Virus genome (UHGV): UHGV-1754446
Length of the DNA: 20,188 bases
Direction: 5' to 3' (one strand)
Origin: a virus
Position numbers and translations under genes: made by a program. Shown here piece by piece: positions 1 through 8,508 of this stretch (the stretch's first letter is position 1; each line of letters starts with the position of its first letter). Under the pieces are notes generated by a model that did not search any database, was not told where the DNA came from, and was given only the letters and a program-made list of their open reading frames with translations.

Positions 1-85
1 AGTAAGATATAATCAAGAAGAGCATCTTCTGTATGTCAGCAACTATACTTGTAAAGCCGATGATAGCATACTTTATGAAATAAGT

Positions 86-2650
86 GTGGATTTAACAGAC
101 ACCCTGACCGTGTCTCAATCCTCATTCAGAGCACAGCTCGATTCCATAAAAACAGAGATACTTACATCCCTGACTTATGGCATGCGTGGTGACATTTTAG
201 CACAATGCGCGAAGTATTTTCTGCGGAAAGACAGTCCGGACACAGCCTTGGATATTATAACATTCCTCAAAGGGCTGCTTGTGGGAGACGGAGACTACGG
301 CATAGATGCGGACGGTACCGCACGGCTGAAGAAACTTCTTGCCGACGAAGCCACAATGAAAACGCTGACCGTGACAGGAAGGGCACATTTCTTCGAGCTT
401 GTCATAGATGAGCTGAACAGCGTCGGAGGTCAACTGATACTGTCCGCTGCTAACTGCACGGTACGCTCTGTCGAAAGAATAAGCGGAGCATGGCGTCTGT
501 GGTGGCTGGCGGAGGACAGCGACGGCAGAGCCGTGCAGAACATGTGGAAGGTCGGAGACCAGGCTCTGGCAATGACATCCAATCTTGCCGAGGGGACATC
601 ATATGATGCAGGAAACAGACTATGGTGGAGACTTGTCACGGCAACAGGGAGCGGAACACGGAACATTGACGGTGAGGACAGAAAGTGCCATTGGATTGAA
701 GTGTCTGAAGCCACGTGCGCGGCTGACAGCCTTGAGCCTGCAGAGGGTGACAGCGTTTGTCTGTGCGGACACCGTGGTGACGACACAGCGCGCAGCCATG
801 CGATAATAATAGCCGCCCACTCCACTCCGGATACCGAGCTGGAGAGTCCGTCATTCGCGCAATACAACGGAATCACAAGTTTTTCTCTAAGCCAGTACCG
901 CACGACATGGTTCGCGGCTAACGGCAATAAGATAAGAGGCGAGCTGGATGTGGACACTTCCGGTCTTGTCAGCTACACGCACCTTGCATGGGGAAACGGT
1001 CCGGACGACTGGACAAAGGACAAATCCCAGAGCACGGCAAAAGACTGGCTCATGCTCGGCATATGCACAGACCGCACGGAGAGCGACGTGGCTCTCGTCT
1101 ACAGCGACTATGCATGGTCAAGGATTAAAGGTACTGACGGAAAGACCACATACTTCCATGTGAAATATTCTTCAAACGAGAACGGAAATCCCATGACAGA
1201 GACGCCCAACCTCTACATCGGCACATACGTTGACTTCACTGAGGCAGACAGCAACGACCCCTCGGACTACACGTGGTCACGCTTCCAAGGATATGACGGG
1301 GAGCAGGGGATACCGGGGAAAAACGGTACGGACGGAAAGACAAGCTACCTTCACATCAAATATTCCGACGACGGGGGAAAGACGTTCACCGCCAGCAACG
1401 GTGAGACACCGGGTGCGTGGCTCGGGCAATGCGTAGACTTCAACTCATATGACCCGACAAGCGTTACCTCATATAAGTGGACACGGATACGCGGTGAGGA
1501 CGGAGCGGACGGAAGTGACGGTGAACCCGGCACGGACGGGCAGGACGGATTCTCGTGGGCACTTGACCCTGCCGCCATAACATTGGAGGCTGACAGTGAC
1601 GGTGTGGTGAGCATGCAGGATGCGACATCACGTCTGCGCGCATGGCTCGGCACGCGCGAGATGACTGTCACCATTACCGCCATAGAGCCAGTGCACTGTC
1701 TTGCGTCACGCAACGGGGCGCAGGTTACAATAACCGCAATAGGGACATATACGGCAGACTGGGGAGGTTCGGTGCCGTACGGAGCGGGATGGGTGCAGAT
1801 TACGGCACAGGCAACACTGGGAGGAGAGACCCGCAGTGTGAGCTGCCGCCTGTCCTTCACTGTATCGTCCATGGCACTCTCATCGCAGATTAAGGCTGAG
1901 ACGGACAGCATAAGCCTTAAAGTCGGCTATCTTGGGGCAAAGGACGGAAACATGGTGACCACTCCTGACATATTCCTGACAGGGAACGGGAACAAGACAT
2001 ACACAATCGGGGACATGTCAAGCCTGCGCGGAAAGACAATAACGGTATCATGCCTTGTCAAGACCGTATCCGCGGTTCCGGCGGCATCTGGCAACAGACG
2101 TATCGGCATGGAGCCCATGGTACGGTATGCCGACGGCAGCACGCAGTATCTCGGAACATGGAGGCAGATAACATCCACGGACACGTTCGAGGGACGCATA
2201 AGCTCCACACACAGGATACAGGATAAGGCTGTGGCGTCGGTAGAACAGTGTAACCTGTATATACAGGGCATATCATCAGGATACTCGTCCGTATCGCGTC
2301 CAAAGATAGAGACAGGTGCGGACGCGACAGACTGGGGACTCAGCGCGGAGGACAGGCTTAAAAGACCGAATCTTCTTCCAGGAACATCGGACTTCAGCCA
2401 ATGCACCGTACAGGATACCGTAGAGGCAGGAGCATACACGACACCTTACGGAGAAAAAATAAGCGTGGCACACGGTGTGAACGAAGCCGGGACATCATAC
2501 AAGGACGTCATCACATGGCGCAACGTGGTGCCCGAGCCGGGCGTACAGTATACGCTCTCATTCTGGGCGCGCGGCACAGGCAGCATCGGCTCGTACCGAA
2601 CTGCACCGACTGGGTCACAAGTCCGGGGACGAAGAACCAGACAGGTGTGA
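86..2650 (+). CDS. Phage tail fibre / receptor-binding protein, N-terminal and central part (probably 5'-truncated by the window edge; 3' end set by a frameshift)
   Basis: 854-aa ORF; the same frame is open from nt 2 to 86, so the gene likely begins upstream of the window (86 is a GTG). Three tandem ~60-aa repeats ([ST]Y.H[LVI].[WY]S ... Y.W[ST]R[IF].G) joined by Gly-X-Y collagen-like linkers (GTDGKT, GEDGADGSDGEPGTDGQDG), typical of phage fibres. The C-terminus (YTLSFWARGTGSIGSY) is the first half of a CBM-like jelly-roll domain whose second half lies in another frame downstream. Confidence 0.8.
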   Translation: MDLTDTLTVSQSSFRAQLDSIKTEILTSLTYGMRGDILAQCAKYFLRKDSPDTALDIITFLKGLLVGDGDYGIDADGTARLKKLLADEATMKTLTVTGRAHFFELVIDELNSVGGQLILSAANCTVRSVERISGAWRLWWLAEDSDGRAVQNMWKVGDQALAMTSNLAEGTSYDAGNRLWWRLVTATGSGTRNIDGEDRKCHWIEVSEATCAADSLEPAEGDSVCLCGHRGDDTARSHAIIIAAHSTPDTELESPSFAQYNGITSFSLSQYRTTWFAANGNKIRGELDVDTSGLVSYTHLAWGNGPDDWTKDKSQSTAKDWLMLGICTDRTESDVALVYSDYAWSRIKGTDGKTTYFHVKYSSNENGNPMTETPNLYIGTYVDFTEADSNDPSDYTWSRFQGYDGEQGIPGKNGTDGKTSYLHIKYSDDGGKTFTASNGETPGAWLGQCVDFNSYDPTSVTSYKWTRIRGEDGADGSDGEPGTDGQDGFSWALDPAAITLEADSDGVVSMQDATSRLRAWLGTREMTVTITAIEPVHCLASRNGAQVTITAIGTYTADWGGSVPYGAGWVQITAQATLGGETRSVSCRLSFTVSSMALSSQIKAETDSISLKVGYLGAKDGNMVTTPDIFLTGNGNKTYTIGDMSSLRGKTITVSCLVKTVSAVPAASGNRRIGMEPMVRYADGSTQYLGTWRQITSTDTFEGRISSTHRIQDKAVASVEQCNLYIQGISSGYSSVSRPKIETGADATDWGLSAEDRLKRPNLLPGTSDFSQCTVQDTVEAGAYTTPYGEKISVAHGVNEAGTSYKDVITWRNVVPEPGVQYTLSFWARGTGSIGSYRTAPTGSQVRGRRTRQV

Positions 2651-3771
2651 CAGACGGATTCGTACAGTTCACGCTTGAAAGCGGATGGAACCGCTACCAG
2701 GTGACATGGAGCACACGCAACGATGTAAGCGGAGCGAAAAGTCTCATAGCGGCACGGCTCATGCCGGACAGTTCTGCACAGGGAGAGATCTGGATATGCG
2801 GAGTGAAGCTGGAGAAAGGCAGCGAGGCGACAGACTGGCGTTCGGAGACAATCACGCACGACGAGCTGCAGGCGACAGGAATAGACATTGAGCACAAGCG
2901 CATAAAGGTCACTGCCGACAACTTCGAGATACAGAACAACTCAGGCGAGACTGTCACCACTGTCGACGAGGCGGGCACCCTTACAGGTGTGATGCTCCGC
3001 ACTATGGACGAAGGACAGGGGCATGTGGAGATAAAGGGAGGACTGATTGAGGTAAAGAACCCTAACGGTGTGACCAACATCAAAATGGGATATAACGGCT
3101 CATACATGGTACTGTCATATTATGACAATGACGGTACGTTCCTTTATGACCTCGGACCGTGGGGACTGTCCGGCAAGGATGTCTCGGAAGAACGGTGGGA
3201 GACCAGCAGCAAATACGGACGCCTGCAGCTGACAGGGACCACATTCTCCACCGTAGGCGACATCGTTGGCAACAAACAGATAATGAACACCATATTCCAA
3301 TATGGTCATGTGTACACGAAAACACCTTTGTACATGTATCTTGCAGGGCGCGTAAACGACACATATCTCAGCGGTGACTACGCCTCCACTCCGGAGATTG
3401 CAAGAGCCGCGAACGGCAGATGGTTCATGGAGCAGGGTAATGTGACCACGGCACAGGCTGTCACAGGAATGTGGGCGCAGGACAATCCGGAATCGTTCAT
3501 GATAGGCTCGCCTATGGACACACCGCCAATGGACTATACGCGATATGAAGATGACTATGCGGAAAAGGTGGATTTCTCCAGACAATGGTGCTCGCGCAAT
3601 GTGTACAGATTCTCGAACATCGGAATCGTACAACCGGGAAGCGGCACCGTATACTACGGCAGCATGATAACGACAACAGCCGTATACATGAATTATGACA
3701 GGGTGCAGATGATACAGATTAATCGCATTGACGATGATGACACGGACACGAACGGAAACATATATTTATGA
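2647..3771 (+). CDS. Tail fibre C-terminal part (CBM-like beta-sandwich plus distal domain); probably the same gene as 86..2650 across a frameshift
   Basis: Frame of ORF 2401..3771. The first ~65 codons from the ATG at 2401 are Arg-rich and look non-coding; protein-like sequence starts about 2590-2650 (LVPNCTDWVTSPGTKNQTGVTDGFVQFTLESGWNRYQVTW ... GEIWICGVKLEKGSEATDW). 2647 is the first in-frame GTG after the upstream stop; the true junction is a frameshift between ~2590 and 2645. Confidence 0.7.
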   Translation: MTDGFVQFTLESGWNRYQVTWSTRNDVSGAKSLIAARLMPDSSAQGEIWICGVKLEKGSEATDWRSETITHDELQATGIDIEHKRIKVTADNFEIQNNSGETVTTVDEAGTLTGVMLRTMDEGQGHVEIKGGLIEVKNPNGVTNIKMGYNGSYMVLSYYDNDGTFLYDLGPWGLSGKDVSEERWETSSKYGRLQLTGTTFSTVGDIVGNKQIMNTIFQYGHVYTKTPLYMYLAGRVNDTYLSGDYASTPEIARAANGRWFMEQGNVTTAQAVTGMWAQDNPESFMIGSPMDTPPMDYTRYEDDYAEKVDFSRQWCSRNVYRFSNIGIVQPGSGTVYYGSMITTTAVYMNYDRVQMIQINRIDDDDTDTNGNIYL

Positions 3772-3793
3772 TAAAAAAACAGGAGGACAGTAT

Positions 3794-3901
3794 ATGACAT
3801 TGACAACATTGAACTTTTCCAAGACCGGAGGCTTGTGGCATGCGGAATGGACACATGGCGGTGAGGGAATATTACAGATAGACGGTGAGCCGGAACAGTA
3901 A
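3794..3901 (+). CDS. Small ORF (35 aa) with strong Shine-Dalgarno, between tail-fibre genes
   Basis: AGGAGG 7 nt upstream of ATG 3794; translation MTLTTLNFSKTGGLWHAEWTHGGEGILQIDGEPEQ; below the ORF-track size cutoff. No homology claim. Confidence 0.25.
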   Translation: MTLTTLNFSKTGGLWHAEWTHGGEGILQIDGEPEQ

Positions 3902-3917
3902 AGAAAGGAGACAGACC

Positions 3918-4571
3918 ATGAGACGTATAAGAATAGGAAACGACATCATTCTGCGCATAAGGCTTACACGCCGTGGCGGTGCAGAGAACCTCGAGGGAAA
4001 GAAAATAGGTCTTATGCTGCGCAACATTCTCGGCAGTGTGAGCCTTCTTGTAGTACAGTCAGGAGGGGAGCTGATAGCAGGATGGCAGGGCACACAGCAG
4101 CAGTGGACAGGTGCGTATACAGTGACACTCACAGAGGATTGGGGCGAGAACAACCGCAACACCGTGGATGAGGCATGCGCCTTCGAGCTTGTGTCAATAA
4201 GCAGCGACGAGGGTGTGGAGACCGGCACCGTGAACATCGAGCTTGACATGGACATCAGCGTGCCGGGCAACGGTCTGTCCGCCTATGAGATAGCCGTGCT
4301 GCACGGCTTTGAGGGCACAGAAGAAGAATGGCTGGAGAGTTTAAAGCCCGACACGAGTAATTTTGTGACAACCGAACAAGTAGCGGAAGACTATCAGCCA
4401 AAGGGAGATTATGTTACAGAAGCACCTAAGGATGGGAAAAACTATGTACGGAAAGATGGAAGCTGGACTGAGTTTGCAGGAAGTGGAAAAGCTAATGCCT
4501 TTTTTTCGAATAATATCCTTAAATTTGAGAGCGGAGGAGCACAATTTAACAACAACATATTAATAATTTGA
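3918..4571 (+). CDS. Tail fibre protein with conserved fibre motif and GC-mosaic C-terminus
   Basis: ATG 3918 preceded by AAGGAG (the ORF-track start 3885 is an upstream GTG). Contains LSAYEIAVLHGFEGTEEEWLESLK, a motif I recognise from phage tail-fibre proteins, followed by a YQPKGDYVT motif shared with the next gene. GC drops sharply right after this motif (~4340). Confidence 0.8.
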   Translation: MRRIRIGNDIILRIRLTRRGGAENLEGKKIGLMLRNILGSVSLLVVQSGGELIAGWQGTQQQWTGAYTVTLTEDWGENNRNTVDEACAFELVSISSDEGVETGTVNIELDMDISVPGNGLSAYEIAVLHGFEGTEEEWLESLKPDTSNFVTTEQVAEDYQPKGDYVTEAPKDGKNYVRKDGSWTEFAGSGKANAFFSNNILKFESGGAQFNNNILII

Positions 4572-4573
4572 TT

Positions 4574-5308
4574 ATGTCAGAAAAAATTAGCCAAATTCAG
4601 ATTAACGCCGACGTCAGAGATATAGAAGACGCGCAGGCATTACACAAAGGTGATAGTTTAGGCACAATAAATGGACAGTCTTTTAATGAAGGTAATGACT
4701 TAAACATTGAAGTTGGTACCAATGATTACAATGCCCTTAAAAACAAGCCACAAATAAACGGACATGAGTTGTCTGGGAATAAATCAGCAAAAGATTTAGG
4801 CTTACAAGAAGCAGGTGACTATGTAACTCCCGAAGATATACCCGATGTGAGCGAACTGGCAACAAAGACAGAATTGGCAGAAGGACTGGAAGGCAAGCAG
4901 CCAAAGGGTGATTATGCCACAAAGGCAGAAATACCAGATGTGAGTGGATTTATTACCTCTTCACAAGCGGAAGAAAAATATCAGCCGAAAGGAACTTATG
5001 TCACCACGACTGAACTATCTAAAAAGGCAGATAAAATCGCAACCGAAAATGTAGCCGAAACTACAAAGGAATTGCAACCGAACAAGTATTACATATTTGG
5101 CGAAGTTGCCACACTTACCATAACTCTTGCAGCAGGAGAAGAAAATGTCCTTGCTGAATACATGTTTGAGTTTACAAGCGGCACAACTCCAACAATATTG
5201 TCACTGCCCGAGGACGTTAAATGGATAGGTGAAAGCACGATTGAGGCAAGCAAGACATATCAAGTGAGCATCGTCAATAATATAGCAGTCATGGGAGGTG
5301 CAGCATGA
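4574..5308 (+). CDS. Tail fibre-like repeat protein (distal fibre / receptor-binding candidate)
   Basis: ATG 4574, in frame with a TTG at 4568 that overlaps the upstream stop. Fibre-type motifs DYNALKNKPQINGHELSGNKSAKDLGL and repeated IPDVS...QPKGDY[AV]T / YQPKGTYVT. Low-GC segment. Confidence 0.75.
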   Translation: MSEKISQIQINADVRDIEDAQALHKGDSLGTINGQSFNEGNDLNIEVGTNDYNALKNKPQINGHELSGNKSAKDLGLQEAGDYVTPEDIPDVSELATKTELAEGLEGKQPKGDYATKAEIPDVSGFITSSQAEEKYQPKGTYVTTTELSKKADKIATENVAETTKELQPNKYYIFGEVATLTITLAAGEENVLAEYMFEFTSGTTPTILSLPEDVKWIGESTIEASKTYQVSIVNNIAVMGGAA

Positions 5309-5994
5309 GCATATACAGACGCAGGCTTATGATAGCCAACACACTTAAAAAGAGTGACAGCAACATAAATTATCCTGGACTTATTGCAGCATGGTCGGCA
5401 GCAGGAAAGAGCAATGACGATGCTGATAGAAACGTGTTGCACGATTTGACGGGTAATGGGCTTGACATTACGCTGAACGGCTTTGCGTTCAATACAGAAG
5501 GAAGTGGCTATGGACATCCCGAATACCCCGATGCTCTTGTCTTTGACGGAGTGGATGATTACGGTATTAATGAGGAAATGCCGATATTGACTGATTATAC
5601 GGTTATTGTTAAGAGAGAAATATTTAGTGGCGGATTATATTCTCATGTAATCGGAAAACGTACAGGCTCTATACCGGGAGCTTTTTGGTTTGAAAGAGGT
5701 AAAGGAGATACTCATAGCTTTGGAATGGCTAATTCAATCAATATATTAAATGAAAGTATATCTTGGCAGTCCACGACAAGCTATAACGGGACACCTATAG
5801 AAAAAGGTGAAGCTGAGGATATTCATGAATTAACGATAGGTGTAGCAAGCAAAACATATCCAGATTTTAGGGGTATGGCTTTCTACTCCGCCTACCTCTT
5901 TGACCGCTCATTGGGTGAGCAGGAGATAAAGTCATTTATTAGAAAGTATATAGACGCAGACTATCTGTTACCGAGTGAACAAACAACAGAATAA
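5305..5994 (+). CDS. LamG/concanavalin-A-like lectin-fold protein (likely distal tail / adhesin component)
   Basis: ATGA start-stop overlap with the upstream gene; LVFDGVDDYG and the surrounding beta-rich sequence resemble LamG-type jelly-roll domains common in phage receptor-binding modules. Family assignment is from motif reading only. Confidence 0.7.
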   Translation: MSIYRRRLMIANTLKKSDSNINYPGLIAAWSAAGKSNDDADRNVLHDLTGNGLDITLNGFAFNTEGSGYGHPEYPDALVFDGVDDYGINEEMPILTDYTVIVKREIFSGGLYSHVIGKRTGSIPGAFWFERGKGDTHSFGMANSINILNESISWQSTTSYNGTPIEKGEAEDIHELTIGVASKTYPDFRGMAFYSAYLFDRSLGEQEIKSFIRKYIDADYLLPSEQTTE

Positions 5995-5999
5995 AGAAT

Positions 6000-6656
6000 A
6001 TGAGATTTATTATAGCAACAATAGCACAAGCAAAGGCGCACGGAATTGAGATTATATCGACAATGCGCCAATCAGTGGATAAGACACAAGTAGTGTTCCA
6101 CGAAGAATATGTAAAGAACATTGACGAATTTAATGCCTTAAAGAGGTATGAATTTGATGATGCTGAATTTACAGACCTTATGGCAAGTGAAGCATGGACA
6201 CACGGAGAAGATTATGTGCAGCCAAATGAGGACTTTGCAAAGGTATTAGCCATGCAGATATTGACAGCAGACACAAAGGCGCAGATAAACACCATGTCGC
6301 TGTCTAACAACGAGGCTCTGAAAGTTAAGGAGTTTTATCCCGAATGGAAAGAAGGAATTGACGTCAACAAAGGCGAAAAGTACAACTGTGACGATGACCT
6401 TTGGGAAGCACTTACAACGCATAAGACGCAGGCGAATTGGCGTCCGTCTTTGGAAACCGCATCTATATGGAAACATATTGACGAGGAACATGAGGGCACA
6501 GAGGACGACCCGATACCATACGCACCGCCTATGGAGTTGTTCAACGGTAAATATTACACGCAAGACGAGGTAAAATACAGGTGTACCCGTGACAGCGGAA
6601 TACCTTTGTCACAGAACCTGAGTGAACTTGTGGGATTATATGTGGAACTTGTTTAA
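6000..6656 (+). CDS. Hypothetical protein (acidic, 218 aa) after the fibre genes
   Basis: Long ORF with ATG at 6000, 5 nt after the upstream stop; no recognisable motif. Its position after the tail fibres is compatible with a fibre-assembly or accessory protein, which is speculation. Confidence 0.65.
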   Translation: MRFIIATIAQAKAHGIEIISTMRQSVDKTQVVFHEEYVKNIDEFNALKRYEFDDAEFTDLMASEAWTHGEDYVQPNEDFAKVLAMQILTADTKAQINTMSLSNNEALKVKEFYPEWKEGIDVNKGEKYNCDDDLWEALTTHKTQANWRPSLETASIWKHIDEEHEGTEDDPIPYAPPMELFNGKYYTQDEVKYRCTRDSGIPLSQNLSELVGLYVELV

Positions 6657-6673
6657 TTTAAAAACCAAAGACT

Positions 6674-6937
6674 ATGAAGGAAAAAGTTATCAGATTCGTG
6701 ACAAACAGATGGTTCGGCTTCGTGGCAGGACTGGTAATCGCAATGCTGTACATGTGGCAGGAACAGAGCCTCGGCAGCGTCAACGCGTGGATAATGGGAA
6801 TCATCACACCTATGCTCTTCGGAGCGTTCGCCGAGGTGGTGAGACATGTCACCACGGAGGACACGTACAAGTGGAAGAACCTGCTGTGGTGGCTCGCGGG
6901 AGCTGTCATTGGAGTAGTGGCGATGCTTGTGGTTTGA
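6674..6937 (+). CDS. Small membrane protein, holin-like (three predicted TM segments)
   Basis: 87 aa with hydrophobic stretches WFGFVAGLVIAMLYMW, WIMGIITPMLFGAFAEVV and LLWWLAGAVIGVVAMLVV; sits ~1 kb upstream of the amidase endolysin. Confidence 0.55.
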   Translation: MKEKVIRFVTNRWFGFVAGLVIAMLYMWQEQSLGSVNAWIMGIITPMLFGAFAEVVRHVTTEDTYKWKNLLWWLAGAVIGVVAMLVV

Positions 6938-6949
6938 TTCCCGGCATCC

Positions 6950-6976
6950 AGGGCAGGGACTCATATGCCCTGCCCT
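6950..6976 (+). terminator. GC-rich hairpin (9-bp perfect stem AGGGCAGGG / CCCTGCCCT, 9-nt loop) between two small membrane-protein genes
   Basis: Stem read directly from the sequence; followed by a weak T-rich stretch (ATCATTTGACTTG). Could be a terminator or attenuator, or an mRNA processing or stability element. Confidence 0.35.
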
Positions 6977-7019
6977 ATCATTTGACTTGATGTATGTACG
7001 AATAAAAAAACAAGGGAGA

Positions 7020-7253
7020 ATGAACAAGATTATAATGTGGTTTAAGACAAGCAACCGATGGAAGCATCTGCTTGGCGGTCTGATTATCGGTATGGGAGCG
7101 GATGATATATACTGTGCGGCATACGCAGGCATAGGCGTTGCGGCAGCCCTTGAACTGAAAGACAGGCAATGGGGCGGCAAATGGGACTGGACAGACTTCG
7201 GGCTGACAACAGCCGGAACAGTTGTGGGACAATGCATAAGGATGATGATATGA
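7020..7253 (+). CDS. Small membrane protein (two TM segments), second holin / antiholin candidate
   Basis: ATG 7020 preceded by GGGAG; hydrophobic segments LLGGLIIGMGADDIYCAAYAGIGVAAAL and FGLTTAGTVVGQCI. The ORF-track start 6927 would run through the upstream hairpin, so 7020 is preferred. Confidence 0.55.
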   Translation: MNKIIMWFKTSNRWKHLLGGLIIGMGADDIYCAAYAGIGVAAALELKDRQWGGKWDWTDFGLTTAGTVVGQCIRMMI

Positions 7254-7858
7254 ACGAGGTACAAAGCACATTGGAGGTCGCAAAAGGCATAAGCGACTAT
7301 GGGATAATGATAGTCATCTGCGCGGTGTTCCTGCTGCTCGCCTCAGGTCTGATGATTGCGTGTTTCCGCTGGTTCAAATCAGCGATAAGCAACATAATAT
7401 CCTACACTGACGAGCTGCGCGAGCTTAACGGAAAGCTGGAAAACAACAACCACGTCATGGTGACGATAGCGGAGGGACTGATGCCTGAGACACAACTGCG
7501 GATAAAGAACATATCCGGAGCGTTCTTTGACCTTGCGGTGGAGAAAGTATGCAGACTCCTGAAGAAAATAAGGGAGGAGAACCATATAGCCGACAAGGAA
7601 AGGACAAAGGCTAAGATACGCACCCTGCTGAGCAACATGTATGAGGACAGGAACAGCAAGTTCGACAATTTCCATTACCGTGGGAAAAAGCTCTCGGAGT
7701 ACTGCAATCCGGAATGGACAGAATGGGTGGCGAAAGTAATAGAGGGAGAGCTGTACAATGAGAACGGTGCGAACAACGGAAGAGCCTACACCAACGTCAG
7801 CGCAGTATATGACAATATAAAATTGGACTTTTATCACAGAATGACAGACCAGATATGA
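7250..7858 (+). CDS. Membrane-anchored protein of the lysis cassette (single N-terminal TM; spanin-like or lysis accessory)
   Basis: ATG 7250 overlaps the upstream stop (ATGA). N-terminal TM IMIVICAVFLLLASGLMIACF followed by a charged, helix-prone domain. Function inferred from position only. Confidence 0.65.
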   Translation: MNEVQSTLEVAKGISDYGIMIVICAVFLLLASGLMIACFRWFKSAISNIISYTDELRELNGKLENNNHVMVTIAEGLMPETQLRIKNISGAFFDLAVEKVCRLLKKIREENHIADKERTKAKIRTLLSNMYEDRNSKFDNFHYRGKKLSEYCNPEWTEWVAKVIEGELYNENGANNGRAYTNVSAVYDNIKLDFYHRMTDQI

Positions 7859-7888
7859 CGATAAACGCATTTTACAACATTATAAATC

Positions 7889-8482
7889 ATGGAAAAGTTT
7901 AAAGTTATACTTGATGCGGGACACGGAAGGGACACCGCAGGGAAACGTTCGCCTGACGGACGCCTGCTCGAATACGCATACGCCCGTGAGATTGCAGTGC
8001 GTCTTGAAAGGGAACTCAAGGCACGTGGATATGACGCGCAGCGCATTGTGCCCGAGGAAAACGACATCTGCCTGAAAGAGCGGTGCGAAAGGGCAAACAG
8101 AATTTATGCCGCGACAGGAAAGAAAGCGATACTTGTCTCAATACACTGTAACGCGGCTGGTGCCGACGGCAAATGGCATGACGCCAGAGGATGGTCGGCT
8201 TATGTCTCGCGCAACGCTTCAAAGAAGAGCAAAGAGCTCGCCTGCCGTCTGATTGACGCGGCAGAGACACAAGGACTGAAAGTCCGAAGATACTCACAGG
8301 ATGAGCCATATTGGACACAGAATCTCGCAATATGCCGTGACACAAATTGTCCCGCAGTCCTGACTGAAAACCTTTTTCAGGACAACCGGGAGGACGTGGA
8401 CTATCTGCTGAGCGAGAAAGGCAAGCGAACCATTGTGGAGCTGCACGTGGAAGGCATCATGGCGTACTTGGGGAAAGTGTGA
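7889..8482 (+). CDS. N-acetylmuramoyl-L-alanine amidase (Amidase_3 / AmiC-type catalytic domain), endolysin
   Basis: Motifs ILDAGHGRDTAGKRSPDG, EYAYAREIA, ILVSIHCNAAG and PAVLTENLFQDN match the Zn-amidase Amidase_3 signature (DxGHGG ... SIHxNA ... E-N-fF). 197 aa with no obvious cell-wall-binding domain. Confidence 0.9.
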   Translation: MEKFKVILDAGHGRDTAGKRSPDGRLLEYAYAREIAVRLERELKARGYDAQRIVPEENDICLKERCERANRIYAATGKKAILVSIHCNAAGADGKWHDARGWSAYVSRNASKKSKELACRLIDAAETQGLKVRRYSQDEPYWTQNLAICRDTNCPAVLTENLFQDNREDVDYLLSEKGKRTIVELHVEGIMAYLGKV

Positions 8483-8508
8483 GCTCGTTTCCAAAATGGA
8501 AATAACTG

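Noticed and set aside
1300-1560. Gly-X-Y stretches as a true collagen-like domain or as a low-complexity DNA repeat or CRISPR-like array
   Set aside because: The Gly-X-Y runs are short (6-8 triplets) linkers between larger protein repeats; at DNA level the units are divergent and lie in a coding frame, with no spacer/repeat architecture.
2401-2600. ATG at 2401 as the start of an independent 456-aa gene
   Set aside because: The first ~65 residues in this frame (MHRTGYRRGRSIHDTLRRKNKRGTRCERSRD...) are Arg-rich and look non-coding, and they overlap clearly protein-like sequence in the tail-fibre frame. Genuine coding signal in this frame begins only around 2590-2650.
197-3633. Antisense and alternative-frame ORFs inside the tail-fibre gene (e.g. 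430..957 -, 1351..1911 -, 1927..2439 -, 2446..2895 -, 2694..3107 -, 3115..3633 -, 585..806 +)
   Set aside because: They lie entirely within a long ORF with strong protein-like repeats and domains, their translations are Cys/Arg/Ser/Pro-rich low-complexity, and GC-rich coding DNA produces such shadow ORFs on the opposite strand.
6622-7290. Overlapping ORFs 6622..6990 +, 6653..7264 -, 6978..7283 - and 7084..7290 -
   Set aside because: They overlap the well-supported small membrane-protein genes in other frames and run through the GC-rich hairpin; translations are low-complexity with no motifs.
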